A stretch of DNA of 56,488 nucleotides from a virus (taxonomy: Duplodnaviria > Caudoviricetes), in IMG/VR virus record IMGVR_UViG_3300012665_001166, positions 1 to 56,488 of that record. One strand, given 5' to 3'. Of this stretch, positions 20,273 through 29,500 are shown in pieces (positions within the stretch are counted from its first letter, which is position 1; every line of letters begins with the position of its first letter). The notes beneath the pieces are model-generated. The model ran no database searches. It saw only the letters and a list, made by a program, of their open reading frames with translations, and was not told the origin of the DNA. The position numbers were made by a program, and so were the translations under genes.

Positions 20273-21255
20273 GTAAAAAAGTCTCTACAGACTATGAAAT
20301 AGTTCGTAACGAATATGATATATTTGCTGAAATAGAAAGACTAGGTAAAGCACATATACTGTTTGACTCAGAAGGTATAAAAAGTACGAAAGACATTCAG
20401 CTATATTCACAAACCTTACTAAACCGTTCGATACTGGGGGCTTCTATGAACGCGTTAGAATCATTTACAGTTAGGTATACCTCTGAAGAAGAAAAAGAAG
20501 CCTGTCTAGAAGCTAAGAAAAAAGGTACAACTAATATAGAAGAAGAGACAGTTAGGTATACAATAAGCCCGTTAGGTTACAGATTGACTAACCCGTTAGA
20601 CAGTATACATAGATCTACAGGTATATTTGGATGTAGTATTACATATGGAATAGGTATTCCTGAAGACCAAACATTTAGTCACTTACTGCAAGAGAATTTA
20701 AAAACCCCTGTCCATAATTTTGGAATACCAGGTGGTTCTATACAGAAAATTAGAAAATCTTTTATATCAATAAACAACTACTATAAGTTGGAAACAGCTA
20801 TACTTGTACTACCCTCTATGAGCAGGTTTGAATTTATAGGAAAAGAACCAGTAGATAAAGTAGATACTTTGTACTCAGAAGGATACGTACCTGCATTTAA
20901 CCCTATTAACCCTGCTCGAAGAGGTTTTTACGAAGCACTTTATACATACTATCAAGATATAACATTTTTCGATGAGTTTAGTAAAAATTTACAATTAATA
21001 AAACTAAACGCGCAGATAAACGGTACAAAGCTTTACCTTTTTACATGGGATTATGTATTACTAAATCTAGCAACTCACTATAAAATTACAGGCTTGGAAA
21101 ATAGCCCTCTTGTTCGTTTTATAGAGAATGACGAACTACAAAGAGGAGAAAAGGTAGTTGATTTCGCTCGAGATGGAATGCACCCGGGATTAAGATCTCA
21201 GAAAAGTATTACAGATTTAATTCTAAGAAAATTAGGAAAGGGTAATTTGATATGA
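20254..21255 (+). CDS. SGNH/GDSL-like hydrolase or acyltransferase
   Basis: FGCSITYG (block I), NFGIPGGS (block II) and DGMHP (DxxH, block V). Confidence 0.7.
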   Translation: MENVNIGKKVSTDYEIVRNEYDIFAEIERLGKAHILFDSEGIKSTKDIQLYSQTLLNRSILGASMNALESFTVRYTSEEEKEACLEAKKKGTTNIEEETVRYTISPLGYRLTNPLDSIHRSTGIFGCSITYGIGIPEDQTFSHLLQENLKTPVHNFGIPGGSIQKIRKSFISINNYYKLETAILVLPSMSRFEFIGKEPVDKVDTLYSEGYVPAFNPINPARRGFYEALYTYYQDITFFDEFSKNLQLIKLNAQINGTKLYLFTWDYVLLNLATHYKITGLENSPLVRFIENDELQRGEKVVDFARDGMHPGLRSQKSITDLILRKLGKGNLI

Positions 21256-22064
21256 GAATAATACAAAGCTTTGTACCTACTTCTTATCAAACAGATTTTG
21301 AAGCATATCTTAGAATGACAGAAGTATCTGTAGAGTCTATTTTAAAGTACCATGATGAAGTAATATTATACACAACTCCAGAAGTTGCAGAATTAGTTAA
21401 AGAAAGAGGTATAGGTTATACAGATATAAATGTAGAATTGTTTAAAGAGGTTGAAAACATACCTCTAAGTAACTATGCAATACCTAAGATACTTTGTTAC
21501 CTAGCACAAAACAAACCGTTTATACATTTAGATTACGATGTAGTGTTACTTAGTAGGCTTATTACACCTAAAGATTTCTTAATAGGGTACTACGACTTTG
21601 ACTTAGTGAATAGAGAAACTAAGCCAACAGACCTAAACACATTGAGTGACTACTACTTAAAAGATCTTGTACAGATACATGAACATCTTCCACCTGAGGT
21701 GCAAAATACAGTGGATTTAAGGTTCTTACCAAATTTTTCAATATTCGGTGTTAATAACCTTAATCTAAATAAAACTATCTTTAAAAGTATACTAACATTC
21801 TACCATAACAATATAGAATCTTTTAAGCAGCTAAATCATGCTCCAAGTATGGTAGAGCAGTTTTTATTTATAGTATACCTCCTTTATTTTTTAGATCGAC
21901 AAAAAACATTAGAGGAAGTTATCACTGTAGTGGAAAAGTGTAATATTGCACCACAGGAGTACCTTAACGGCCATAAGCACTTTGCTAACTTCTTACACCT
22001 ACATTCCGAAAAATACGACTCAGAGTTTTTAATAAAGCTAGACAAGTACATAAATGACAAATAA
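21252..22064 (+). CDS. DUF6734-like protein, putative GT-A fold transferase
   Basis: YAIPKILCYLAQNKPFIHLDYDV, VEQF and HLH motifs; parallels 7508..8362. Confidence 0.55.
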   Translation: MRIIQSFVPTSYQTDFEAYLRMTEVSVESILKYHDEVILYTTPEVAELVKERGIGYTDINVELFKEVENIPLSNYAIPKILCYLAQNKPFIHLDYDVVLLSRLITPKDFLIGYYDFDLVNRETKPTDLNTLSDYYLKDLVQIHEHLPPEVQNTVDLRFLPNFSIFGVNNLNLNKTIFKSILTFYHNNIESFKQLNHAPSMVEQFLFIVYLLYFLDRQKTLEEVITVVEKCNIAPQEYLNGHKHFANFLHLHSEKYDSEFLIKLDKYINDK

Positions 22065-22710
22065 GAAAGCGATTATTATATCCGGACTTCTTTATAATCT
22101 CTCAGATAACTTTATAAAATTTATAGAAGATCTAGGGGAGGAAGTACATACATACGTACATACCTGGAACACCCCAGATAATCTAAGATGGGTTAATAAG
22201 TTGATGAGATATCAACATAAGACTAGAATTACAATTAACATGGAAGTTCCAATGTACGAAGAGAAGAAGTATCTAATACTACACTCTACGTACCAAGCTG
22301 CAAACTTAGTAGATAACTTACACGACTACTCTACTATTATTAAATTTAAACCAGATTTAGAAACAGACCGCATAGAGTATAATAAGAATGTAGAACAGTA
22401 TTTCATAGAAGCTGCTATACATGCACATCCGTTACTAAATGGTAGAAAGAAAGAAGAGTTTGTCTATGGAAGGTACTTATACAAGACATTAGATGAAAGA
22501 ATGTTTACCGCTTATCCGGAAGGTATAGAAAAGCTATTTCATAGAAGCTATACAGATTTTTTTGACGATATATACGGACTTGATTCTTACCTTAAAAAAA
22601 AATATACGGAAAACTACGAAGGGAGCATCCTTTGGACTAATTATATAAAAGAAAGAAAGCTAGGAATTATACAAGACCTAACTCTTAAATTACCAAATTG
22701 TAAAAACTAA
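22054..22710 (+). CDS. Hypothetical protein, possibly glycosyltransferase-like
   Basis: KKAIIISG...YVHTW...YSTIIKFKPDL pattern recalls uncharacterised proteins of polysaccharide loci; weak. Confidence 0.45.
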   Translation: MTNKKAIIISGLLYNLSDNFIKFIEDLGEEVHTYVHTWNTPDNLRWVNKLMRYQHKTRITINMEVPMYEEKKYLILHSTYQAANLVDNLHDYSTIIKFKPDLETDRIEYNKNVEQYFIEAAIHAHPLLNGRKKEEFVYGRYLYKTLDERMFTAYPEGIEKLFHRSYTDFFDDIYGLDSYLKKKYTENYEGSILWTNYIKERKLGIIQDLTLKLPNCKN

Positions 22711-22721
22711 AAGTTATTAAA

Positions 22722-22979
22722 ATGTCACAAGAACAAAAGTTACAACAAGAAGAGATAGACAGTATTAAAATGATACAGTCTCAAAGAATTAAATTAAACG
22801 AAGAGTTAGCAGCAATTTCGTTAGCTGAATTTGAGTTAAAAACTCGTAAACAAGCAGCAGAAAATTTTTATAACTCGTTGAAAGAAGCAGAGAAATCTAT
22901 AGCATCAGACTTACAAATTAAATACGGATTCCAAAAAGTTCATCTGAATTTAGAAACAGGAGAAATATCAGAAGCTTAA
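22722..22979 (+). CDS. Small coiled-coil hypothetical protein
   Basis: 85 aa, E/K/Q-rich, ending KYG...LNLETGEI. Confidence 0.7.
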   Translation: MSQEQKLQQEEIDSIKMIQSQRIKLNEELAAISLAEFELKTRKQAAENFYNSLKEAEKSIASDLQIKYGFQKVHLNLETGEISEA

Positions 22980-23014
22980 AAGATAACGAGTAGAGTGTTT
23001 CAGCTGAATACACC

Positions 23015-23077
23015 TATTTATATACGTAGTTAAATTAAATCTTTTGAAAAGGGTTTCGAATTTATTAAGATATTTAT
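23015..23077 (+). promoter_or_regulatory. Two TATTTAT motifs (23015, 23071) upstream of the tail sheath gene
   Basis: Both lie in the 128-nt intergenic gap before the ATG at 23108. Confidence 0.55.
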
Positions 23078-23107
23078 TTTAGAACCCAACTAACAAATAA
23101 TAGAGAC

Positions 23108-24853
23108 ATGGCAGAAACATTAATTTCACCAGGTGTATTAACGAGAGAAAATGATATTTCGTTCATCCAACCACAAGCGGCTGCAGTAGGTGCAGCGTTT
23201 ATTGGTCCAACAGTAAAAGGCCCGGTAGAGCAACCTACAGTAGTAACTTCTTACGGACAGTACCAAAGATTATTTGGAACCACGATTGCATCTGGTTCAA
23301 ATAGCTATGAGTATTTAACATCAGTTGCAGTAAAGAGTTACTTCGAACAAGGAGGAAACACAGCATTAGTAACTAGAGTAGTATCTGGTTCTTACACAGC
23401 TGCTTCTAACACAACTTTAGCTACAGCAGGTGGATCAGTTACTAACCCTTTCCGTTTAGAAACATTAGGAAAAGGAGACATATACAATAACGCAACAGGT
23501 TCAAACGCCGGAACAGCTGTAACAAGTACAGACGGTTCAATTGCTTTAGGTAAAACAGATAATATCAGATTCGAGATTACAAATGTTAATAGCGATAACG
23601 GTACATTCTCATTGTTAGTACGTAGAGGGGATGATAGTGCAAAGAACAAGATTATCTTAGAAACCTTTAATGATTTATCATTAGATCCAAACTCAGAAAA
23701 CTACATCGAGAGAGTAATCGGTAACCAAGCTGTATCTAAAACAGTTGAAGGTTCAGAAGTATTCGTAAGCGTAACTGGAGAGTATGCTAATAAGTCTAAT
23801 TACATTAGAGTAAGTGCGGTAAATAACCCAACTTTAAACTACTTAGCAAATGACGGTATAACTGTTAATAACAGCTATGACGATTTACTTCCAACAGCAC
23901 AGTTGGGATACTTCTACGGCGCTGCAGGTACTGCATTCCCAGGAGGTAGAAAAGCTAACTTCTTTAAGAATATCACAAACGTAGATACACAAGGTTTAAT
24001 AGCAACTAACTATGCAGATGCTATCTCAATCTTAAATAATAAAGACGAATACCAATTCAATATTGTAACAGCACCAGGTCTTATTTATGACTTCGGTACT
24101 CACAAGACACAATTAGATTCTATCATCTCATTAGTAGAGGGTAGAGGAGATGCAATTGCAGTAATTGACTTAGAGCAATATGGTGCAACAGTATCAAACG
24201 TAACAACAGCAGCAGGAACAGTTAACTCTTCTTATGCAGCTTCTTACTGGCCTTGGTTACAAACTCAATCTTCTACAGGTAAGAACGAATGGGTTCCTGC
24301 TTCAACAGTTATACCAGGAGTTTATGCTTTCACTGATAGTGCAGCTGCTCCATGGTTCGCTCCAGCAGGTTTAGTTAAAGGAGGTATTCCTAACGTAATC
24401 CAAGCAGAACGTAAAGTTAGCCGTGAGCAACGTGACTTATTATATCGTGCTAATGTTAACCCAATTGCTACATTCCCTGGACAAGGTATTGCAGTATACG
24501 GTCAGAAGACTTTACAGAAGAAAGCTTCAGCTTTAGATAGAGTAAACGTACGCCGTTTATTAATCGAATTGAAACGCTTCATCGGAGGTCAAGCTAACAA
24601 CTTAGTATTCGAACAAAACACAATCGCTACAAGAAACAAATTCTTAGCAGTAGTTAATCCTTACTTAGAATCAGTAGTTCAACGTCAAGGTTTATACGCT
24701 TACAGAGTTGTAATGGACGATTCTAACAATACAGCTGATATCGTAGATAGAAATCAGATCGTAGGTCAGATCTTTATCCAACCAGCTAAGACTGCAGAAT
24801 TCGTAGTACTTGACTTCACAATCGAACCAACAGGTGCAACTTTTGTAGCATAA
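23108..24853 (+). CDS. Contractile tail sheath protein
   Basis: SPGVLTREND, GPTVKGPV, PWFAPAG, NPI, VYGQKTLQ, LDRVNVRRLL and IQPAKTAEFV motifs. Confidence 0.95.
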   Translation: MAETLISPGVLTRENDISFIQPQAAAVGAAFIGPTVKGPVEQPTVVTSYGQYQRLFGTTIASGSNSYEYLTSVAVKSYFEQGGNTALVTRVVSGSYTAASNTTLATAGGSVTNPFRLETLGKGDIYNNATGSNAGTAVTSTDGSIALGKTDNIRFEITNVNSDNGTFSLLVRRGDDSAKNKIILETFNDLSLDPNSENYIERVIGNQAVSKTVEGSEVFVSVTGEYANKSNYIRVSAVNNPTLNYLANDGITVNNSYDDLLPTAQLGYFYGAAGTAFPGGRKANFFKNITNVDTQGLIATNYADAISILNNKDEYQFNIVTAPGLIYDFGTHKTQLDSIISLVEGRGDAIAVIDLEQYGATVSNVTTAAGTVNSSYAASYWPWLQTQSSTGKNEWVPASTVIPGVYAFTDSAAAPWFAPAGLVKGGIPNVIQAERKVSREQRDLLYRANVNPIATFPGQGIAVYGQKTLQKKASALDRVNVRRLLIELKRFIGGQANNLVFEQNTIATRNKFLAVVNPYLESVVQRQGLYAYRVVMDDSNNTADIVDRNQIVGQIFIQPAKTAEFVVLDFTIEPTGATFVA

Positions 24854-24866
24854 TTAAAATAATTGA

Positions 24867-24874
24867 TATTTATA
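24867..24874 (+). promoter_or_regulatory. TATTTATA motif before the tail tube gene
   Basis: Intergenic, 16 nt before the ATG at 24891. Confidence 0.55.
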
Positions 24875-24890
24875 TAAAACAGATAATAAA

Positions 24891-25376
24891 ATGGCAGTAT
24901 TAGATTCTAACGAAATTATGTTCAGAGCCTTCGAACCGAAGGTACAGAATAGATTCATCCTATACAGTGACGCTATACCATCTTTCATGGTTAAGGCGGT
25001 AACTGCACCATCTTTCACAGATGAGGAGATCAAATTAGATCACATTAACTCTTACAGAAAGATTCGTGGAAAGAGAAACTGGGAAAACATGGATATGACA
25101 TTGTACGATCCAATTAACCCATCAGGTGCTCAAGCAGTGATGGACTGGGCTCGTCAATCATACGAATCAGTAACCGGTAGAGCTGGTTATTCAGATTTCT
25201 ACAAGAAAGATTTAACTTTGAATCTTTTAGGACCAGTAGGTGATATCGTATCAGAGTGGATCGTTAAAGGAGCATTTATCGTAAATATGGCCCAAGGTTC
25301 TTTGGACTGGTCAACTAGCGATGGTGTTGAATTAACAATCACTGTAGCGATGGACTACTGCGTACTTAACTACTAA
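24891..25376 (+). CDS. Tail tube protein (T4 gp19-like)
   Basis: Follows the sheath gene; EPKVQNRF, GKRNWENMDMTLYDPI, YKKD, W.VKGAF and LDW motifs; 161 aa. Confidence 0.9.
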   Translation: MAVLDSNEIMFRAFEPKVQNRFILYSDAIPSFMVKAVTAPSFTDEEIKLDHINSYRKIRGKRNWENMDMTLYDPINPSGAQAVMDWARQSYESVTGRAGYSDFYKKDLTLNLLGPVGDIVSEWIVKGAFIVNMAQGSLDWSTSDGVELTITVAMDYCVLNY

Positions 25377-25402
25377 TCTGCCTGAAATATATAAAAAAAG
25401 AG

Positions 25403-25428
25403 CCCGGAAAGAAATTTCCGGGTTTTTT
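25403..25428 (+). terminator. Rho-independent terminator
   Basis: CCCGGAAA-GAAA-TTTCCGGG stem-loop followed by T6, just after the tube gene. Confidence 0.9.
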
Positions 25429-25462
25429 GTTGTTTCAAAAAGTTATTTTTCATATATTTATA
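25429..25462 (+). promoter_or_regulatory. Overlapping GTTG-N20-TATATTTA and TATTTATA promoter motifs
   Basis: Directly after the terminator and ~28 nt before the ATG at 25491. Confidence 0.55.
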
Positions 25463-25490
25463 TGAAATAACGTTATTTAAAATAAAATTT

Positions 25491-26231
25491 ATGGATCAAA
25501 CACAAAAATTCCCTACAGAGATTGTAGATCTTCCGTCAAAAGGATTACTATATCCGGTAGACCATCCACTAGCATCAGGTACAGTAGAAATGAAGTACAT
25601 GACAGCTAAAGAGGAAGACATTCTTACTAACCAAGGCTTTATCGAAAGAGGAGTAGTAATTGACAAGTTATTACAGTCTTTGATTGTAACCAAGTTTAAC
25701 TATGATGATCTTTTAGTAGGAGACAAGAATGCTATCTTAATTGCAGCAAGAGTACTAGGATACGGTAAAGATTACGAATTTAACTACCAAGGTAAACCTG
25801 AGAATGTAGATTTATCTTTAATTGAGAATAAAGTTTTCGATGAAAGCTTATTCGTAGATAGAAAGAATGAGTTTACTTTTGAATTACCATCTACAGGAAA
25901 TGTAATTACGTTTAAGTTACTTACCCACGGTGATGAGCAAAAGATTCAACAAGAGATCAAAGGACTTAAGAAGATACAAAAAGAATCTTCCCCAGACTTG
26001 TCTACTAGATTAAAGCACATGCTTCTTTCTGTAAATGGTGCTACTGACTCTAAGAGTATTAGAGACTTCGTAGATAATCATTTCTTAGCAAGAGATTCTC
26101 GTGCATTTAGAAAACATATTGCAGAATTTCAACCAGATGTAGATTTGAAATTCTATCCAGAAAATGGACCAGAAGGAGGGGTTGACATTCCAATCGGGGT
26201 TAACTTTCTTTGGCCTGACGCCAACATATAG
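25491..26231 (+). CDS. T4 gp26-like baseplate hub / tail assembly chaperone
   Basis: VDLPSKGLLY, MTAKEEDIL, LLVGDKNAILIAARVLGYG and FELPSTG motifs; lies between tube and tape measure. Confidence 0.75.
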   Translation: MDQTQKFPTEIVDLPSKGLLYPVDHPLASGTVEMKYMTAKEEDILTNQGFIERGVVIDKLLQSLIVTKFNYDDLLVGDKNAILIAARVLGYGKDYEFNYQGKPENVDLSLIENKVFDESLFVDRKNEFTFELPSTGNVITFKLLTHGDEQKIQQEIKGLKKIQKESSPDLSTRLKHMLLSVNGATDSKSIRDFVDNHFLARDSRAFRKHIAEFQPDVDLKFYPENGPEGGVDIPIGVNFLWPDANI

Positions 26232-26469
26232 AGCAAACATCTTTAATCAGATACATGAAATAGTATTCCACGGAAAAGGTGGATATGATCATGATACTGT
26301 CTATGCAATGCCTATATGGTTACGTAATTATACCTTTCAGAAGATGAATGAATATTACGAAAAAGAACAAGAAGCGATGAATAAATCTAAGAGCAAAGCA
26401 CCTGCTAAATCAGCTCCAAGAGGACCTTCAGTAAGAAAACCTTCTTATAGTACTAAGGCTCGCCCATAA
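26164..26469 (+). CDS. gp51-like / tail chaperone C-terminal extension, possibly made by frameshift
   Basis: Overlaps the upstream gene by 68 nt in the +1 frame; ...DTVYAMPIWLRNY resembles the small gp51-like hub assembly proteins. The start is doubtful. Confidence 0.6.
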   Translation: MDQKEGLTFQSGLTFFGLTPTYRANIFNQIHEIVFHGKGGYDHDTVYAMPIWLRNYTFQKMNEYYEKEQEAMNKSKSKAPAKSAPRGPSVRKPSYSTKARP

Positions 26470-26480
26470 AGCGAGCTTTA
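26454..26480 (+). terminator. Stem-loop at the end of the chaperone ORF (possible terminator or processing site)
   Basis: TAAGGCTCGC-CCATAAA-GCGAGCTTTA, one G-U pair, short U-tract. Confidence 0.45.
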
Positions 26481-26482
26481 CC

Positions 26483-26490
26483 TATTTATA
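26483..26490 (+). promoter_or_regulatory. TATTTATA motif before the tape measure gene
   Basis: Intergenic, 21 nt before the ATG at 26512. Confidence 0.55.
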
Positions 26491-26511
26491 TGATATAAGT
26501 ACCTTCGTTAA

Positions 26512-29500
26512 ATGGCCGATAATAAAGAATTACAAGAAGCAAAAAAACTCTTACAGGAAATAAACACCTTAAGAGGACGTCTTAATCAAACTCCGTTAAA
26601 GATGACGGATAGCGATGCTGTACAAAATATTCAAAGTCTTCGTAACGAACTTAAAGGAGTTCAAAAGTCATTTGAGGATGTAGATACATCTGCAACAAGT
26701 CTTTATGATCAGGTTAGAGCAATTTCATCTGAATTTAAAAACCAACCAGGAGCATTACAGAAGATCAGAGGATCAATGAAAAAGATTACTTCTATTGCAG
26801 AAGATCTTAAATTGCAAGAACAGGGTATTAAAGACTTATCTACAAAACAATTAGATGATCTAAGTCAGAGGTTAAAGGAAAATAAGAAACTATTAGATGA
26901 CGAAACACAACGTTTATTAAACGGAGAAGGTTTATCTGATCTTGCTCAAAGAGAAATCAAAGATCTTCAACAGTATCTAAAAGATCAAGGCGGAATTAAT
27001 AACTTAACTAAGCAGCAAGTAGATGAAGCCCTACAGATGGTAGGTGTATTAAATGATCTTACAGATGAACAAAAAGCTGCGTTAGCTAACTATGTAGACC
27101 AGGGTAATGCAATTGGGGATATTGAAGGTAAACTAGAAGAAGTAAAAGAGCAGCAAAAAGAAGTTAATAAACTCATGGGAGTCGGTGGTGCTGCTATTGA
27201 CGGCATGGACTCCTTAATGGGTAAGCTTGGAATGAATTCTAATAGATTCAAAGATGCAGTAGCAGAAGCTAAAGAGAAGATGAAATCTGCTGCAGAAGAG
27301 ATTCAATCTGGAGCTCGTTCTGGCGGTAAATTATCAGTATTAATGGCAGGCTTAGGGCCTTTAGCAAAAGGCTTTGGAGCAGCATTATTAGACCCTTTAT
27401 CTCTAATACTTAAGATAGTAGATGGTTTTTTCAAAGTAGATAAAGCAAGCACAGACGTACAACGATTAACAGGTCAGAATTCAGATGCAATAGCAGGAGC
27501 AAACATGAGGTACGCTACATCAGTAGATTACCTAGAAACAATATCAGAGCTCACAAGGCAGACTGGTATGAATGCTCAAAATATATTCTCACCAAAGGTT
27601 ATTGCAGGCGCAGCTGAACTAAAGAATACAATGGGACTTGCTGCTGATGAAGCAGGAGGTCTTGCAATAATAGCCCAGACAACAGGTGGTGATATCGATA
27701 AAACAGTTGATAGTATTGTAGATCAGACAAGTGCATTTAATAAAGCTAATAGATCTGCAGTTAACCAGAAACAGGTTTTAAAAGATGTAGCAAAAGCATC
27801 AGATGGAATTAAAGCCTCATTAGGAGGAAATCCCGCTGCTATCGCTAAAGCAGCTACCGCTGCTCGTAGATTAGGAATGGAATTAGGGCAGTTAGATAAG
27901 ATAGCAGGCTCTCTTTTAGATTTTGAAGATTCTATTTCAAAAGAAATGGAAGCTGAACTACTAATAGGTAAGGACTTAAACTTAAATAAAGCTAGAGAGT
28001 TAGCTTTGAATAACGACTTAGCTGGGTTAGGTAATGAGTTATTTAAAAATGCAGCAGACATTAATGAATTCGGTAATATGAACCGTATTCAACAAGAATC
28101 ATACGCCGCTGCATTAGGTATGACTAGAGACGAATTAGGTAAGATAGCATACCAAAAAGCAATTGAGGCAGGAATGACAGAAGAGCAAGCAGAAGCTGCC
28201 GCTGGCGTTCGAGCAGAAGATATGAAAAGAGCAGAAATTCAAGAACAAATTCAAAAATCTCTTGATAAGTTAGCTCAAGCATTTGCACCGCTATTAAGTA
28301 TAATAGGAGACATTGTTAGTATTTTTGCACCAGCTGTACAGATAATAGGAGGTATAGTAGGTTATGCTGTTAAATTCTTAGATACATTAGGTTTAATAAA
28401 ACCTTTAGTTATAGGGATAGTAACTGTAATGGCTGCCGGTAAAATAGCTAGCTTCTTTGGAGCTGCAACATCTGGCGCTTTAAAGTTTGCAGAATCAATG
28501 AAAGGGATGAAATTCTCTTTCAGCGGAATGATGGACTCAGTTAAGAGCTGGGGTGCAGGAGTAAAAGACGCCTTTAAAGGAGGAATGTCAGGTGCAGGTA
28601 AAGTAGCAGATAAGGCAAAAGACACACTTACATCGAAAGCGGTTGATAATACAGCTGATTTAGCCGATAAAACTAAAGGAGCAAAAGGTGATGAAAAACA
28701 AGGACCAGGAGGATTTTTAAAATCACTTGGAGACGGATTAGCATCAATAGGTAAACAGTTTGGAGATGTAGTAAAGGGTGCATTAGCAATTGGAATTGCA
28801 GGTCTAGCATTAGGTGGTTCATTTGCATTAGCTCTTAAAATGGTACAAGATGTTGACCCGGTTACAATGTTAGCATTTGCTGGGTCTATAGGAATTTTTG
28901 GAGCATCATTAGCGTTAGTAGGTAAATTAGGAGACGATGCAATCAAAGGAGCTATTGCAATGGGAATTGCCGGCGTAGCTCTAATACCTGCAGCATACGC
29001 ATTTAGTCTTATGGCAGGTGTCGATCCAATGTCAGTAGTTGCTTTATCAGGAAGCTTAATAGCGTTAGGTTTAGCAGCAGCTCTTATGGGTAACTTAGGA
29101 GGACAGATAATAATGGGAGCTTTAGCTCTAGGAATCTTAGCAGTAGCTTTAATACCTGCAGCATACGCTTTCAGCCTTTTAGGATCTGTAGACCCGATGT
29201 CCATAGTAGCTATGACGGGTAGTTTAATAGCACTAGGTGCCGCAGCTGCACTTATGGGAATGACAGGTCCAATGGTAATAGCAGGAGCATTAGCAATAGG
29301 TATATTAGCACTATCATTAATACCTGCCGCTTATGCGTTTAGTTTATTAGGATCTGTAGATCCAATGGCGATAATGGCTATGACAGGTAGTTTAATAGCA
29401 TTAGGAGCTGCTGCAGCTATCATAGGAATGACAGGACCGATGGTACTGGCAGGAGCTTTTGCGATAGGTATTTTAGCATTGGCTATGATCCCAGCAGCAT

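Noticed and set aside
22995-23051. Palindromes TTCAGCTGAA and CTTTTGAAAAG upstream of the sheath gene
   Set aside because: Short, single occurrences in AT-rich DNA; cannot be told from chance.
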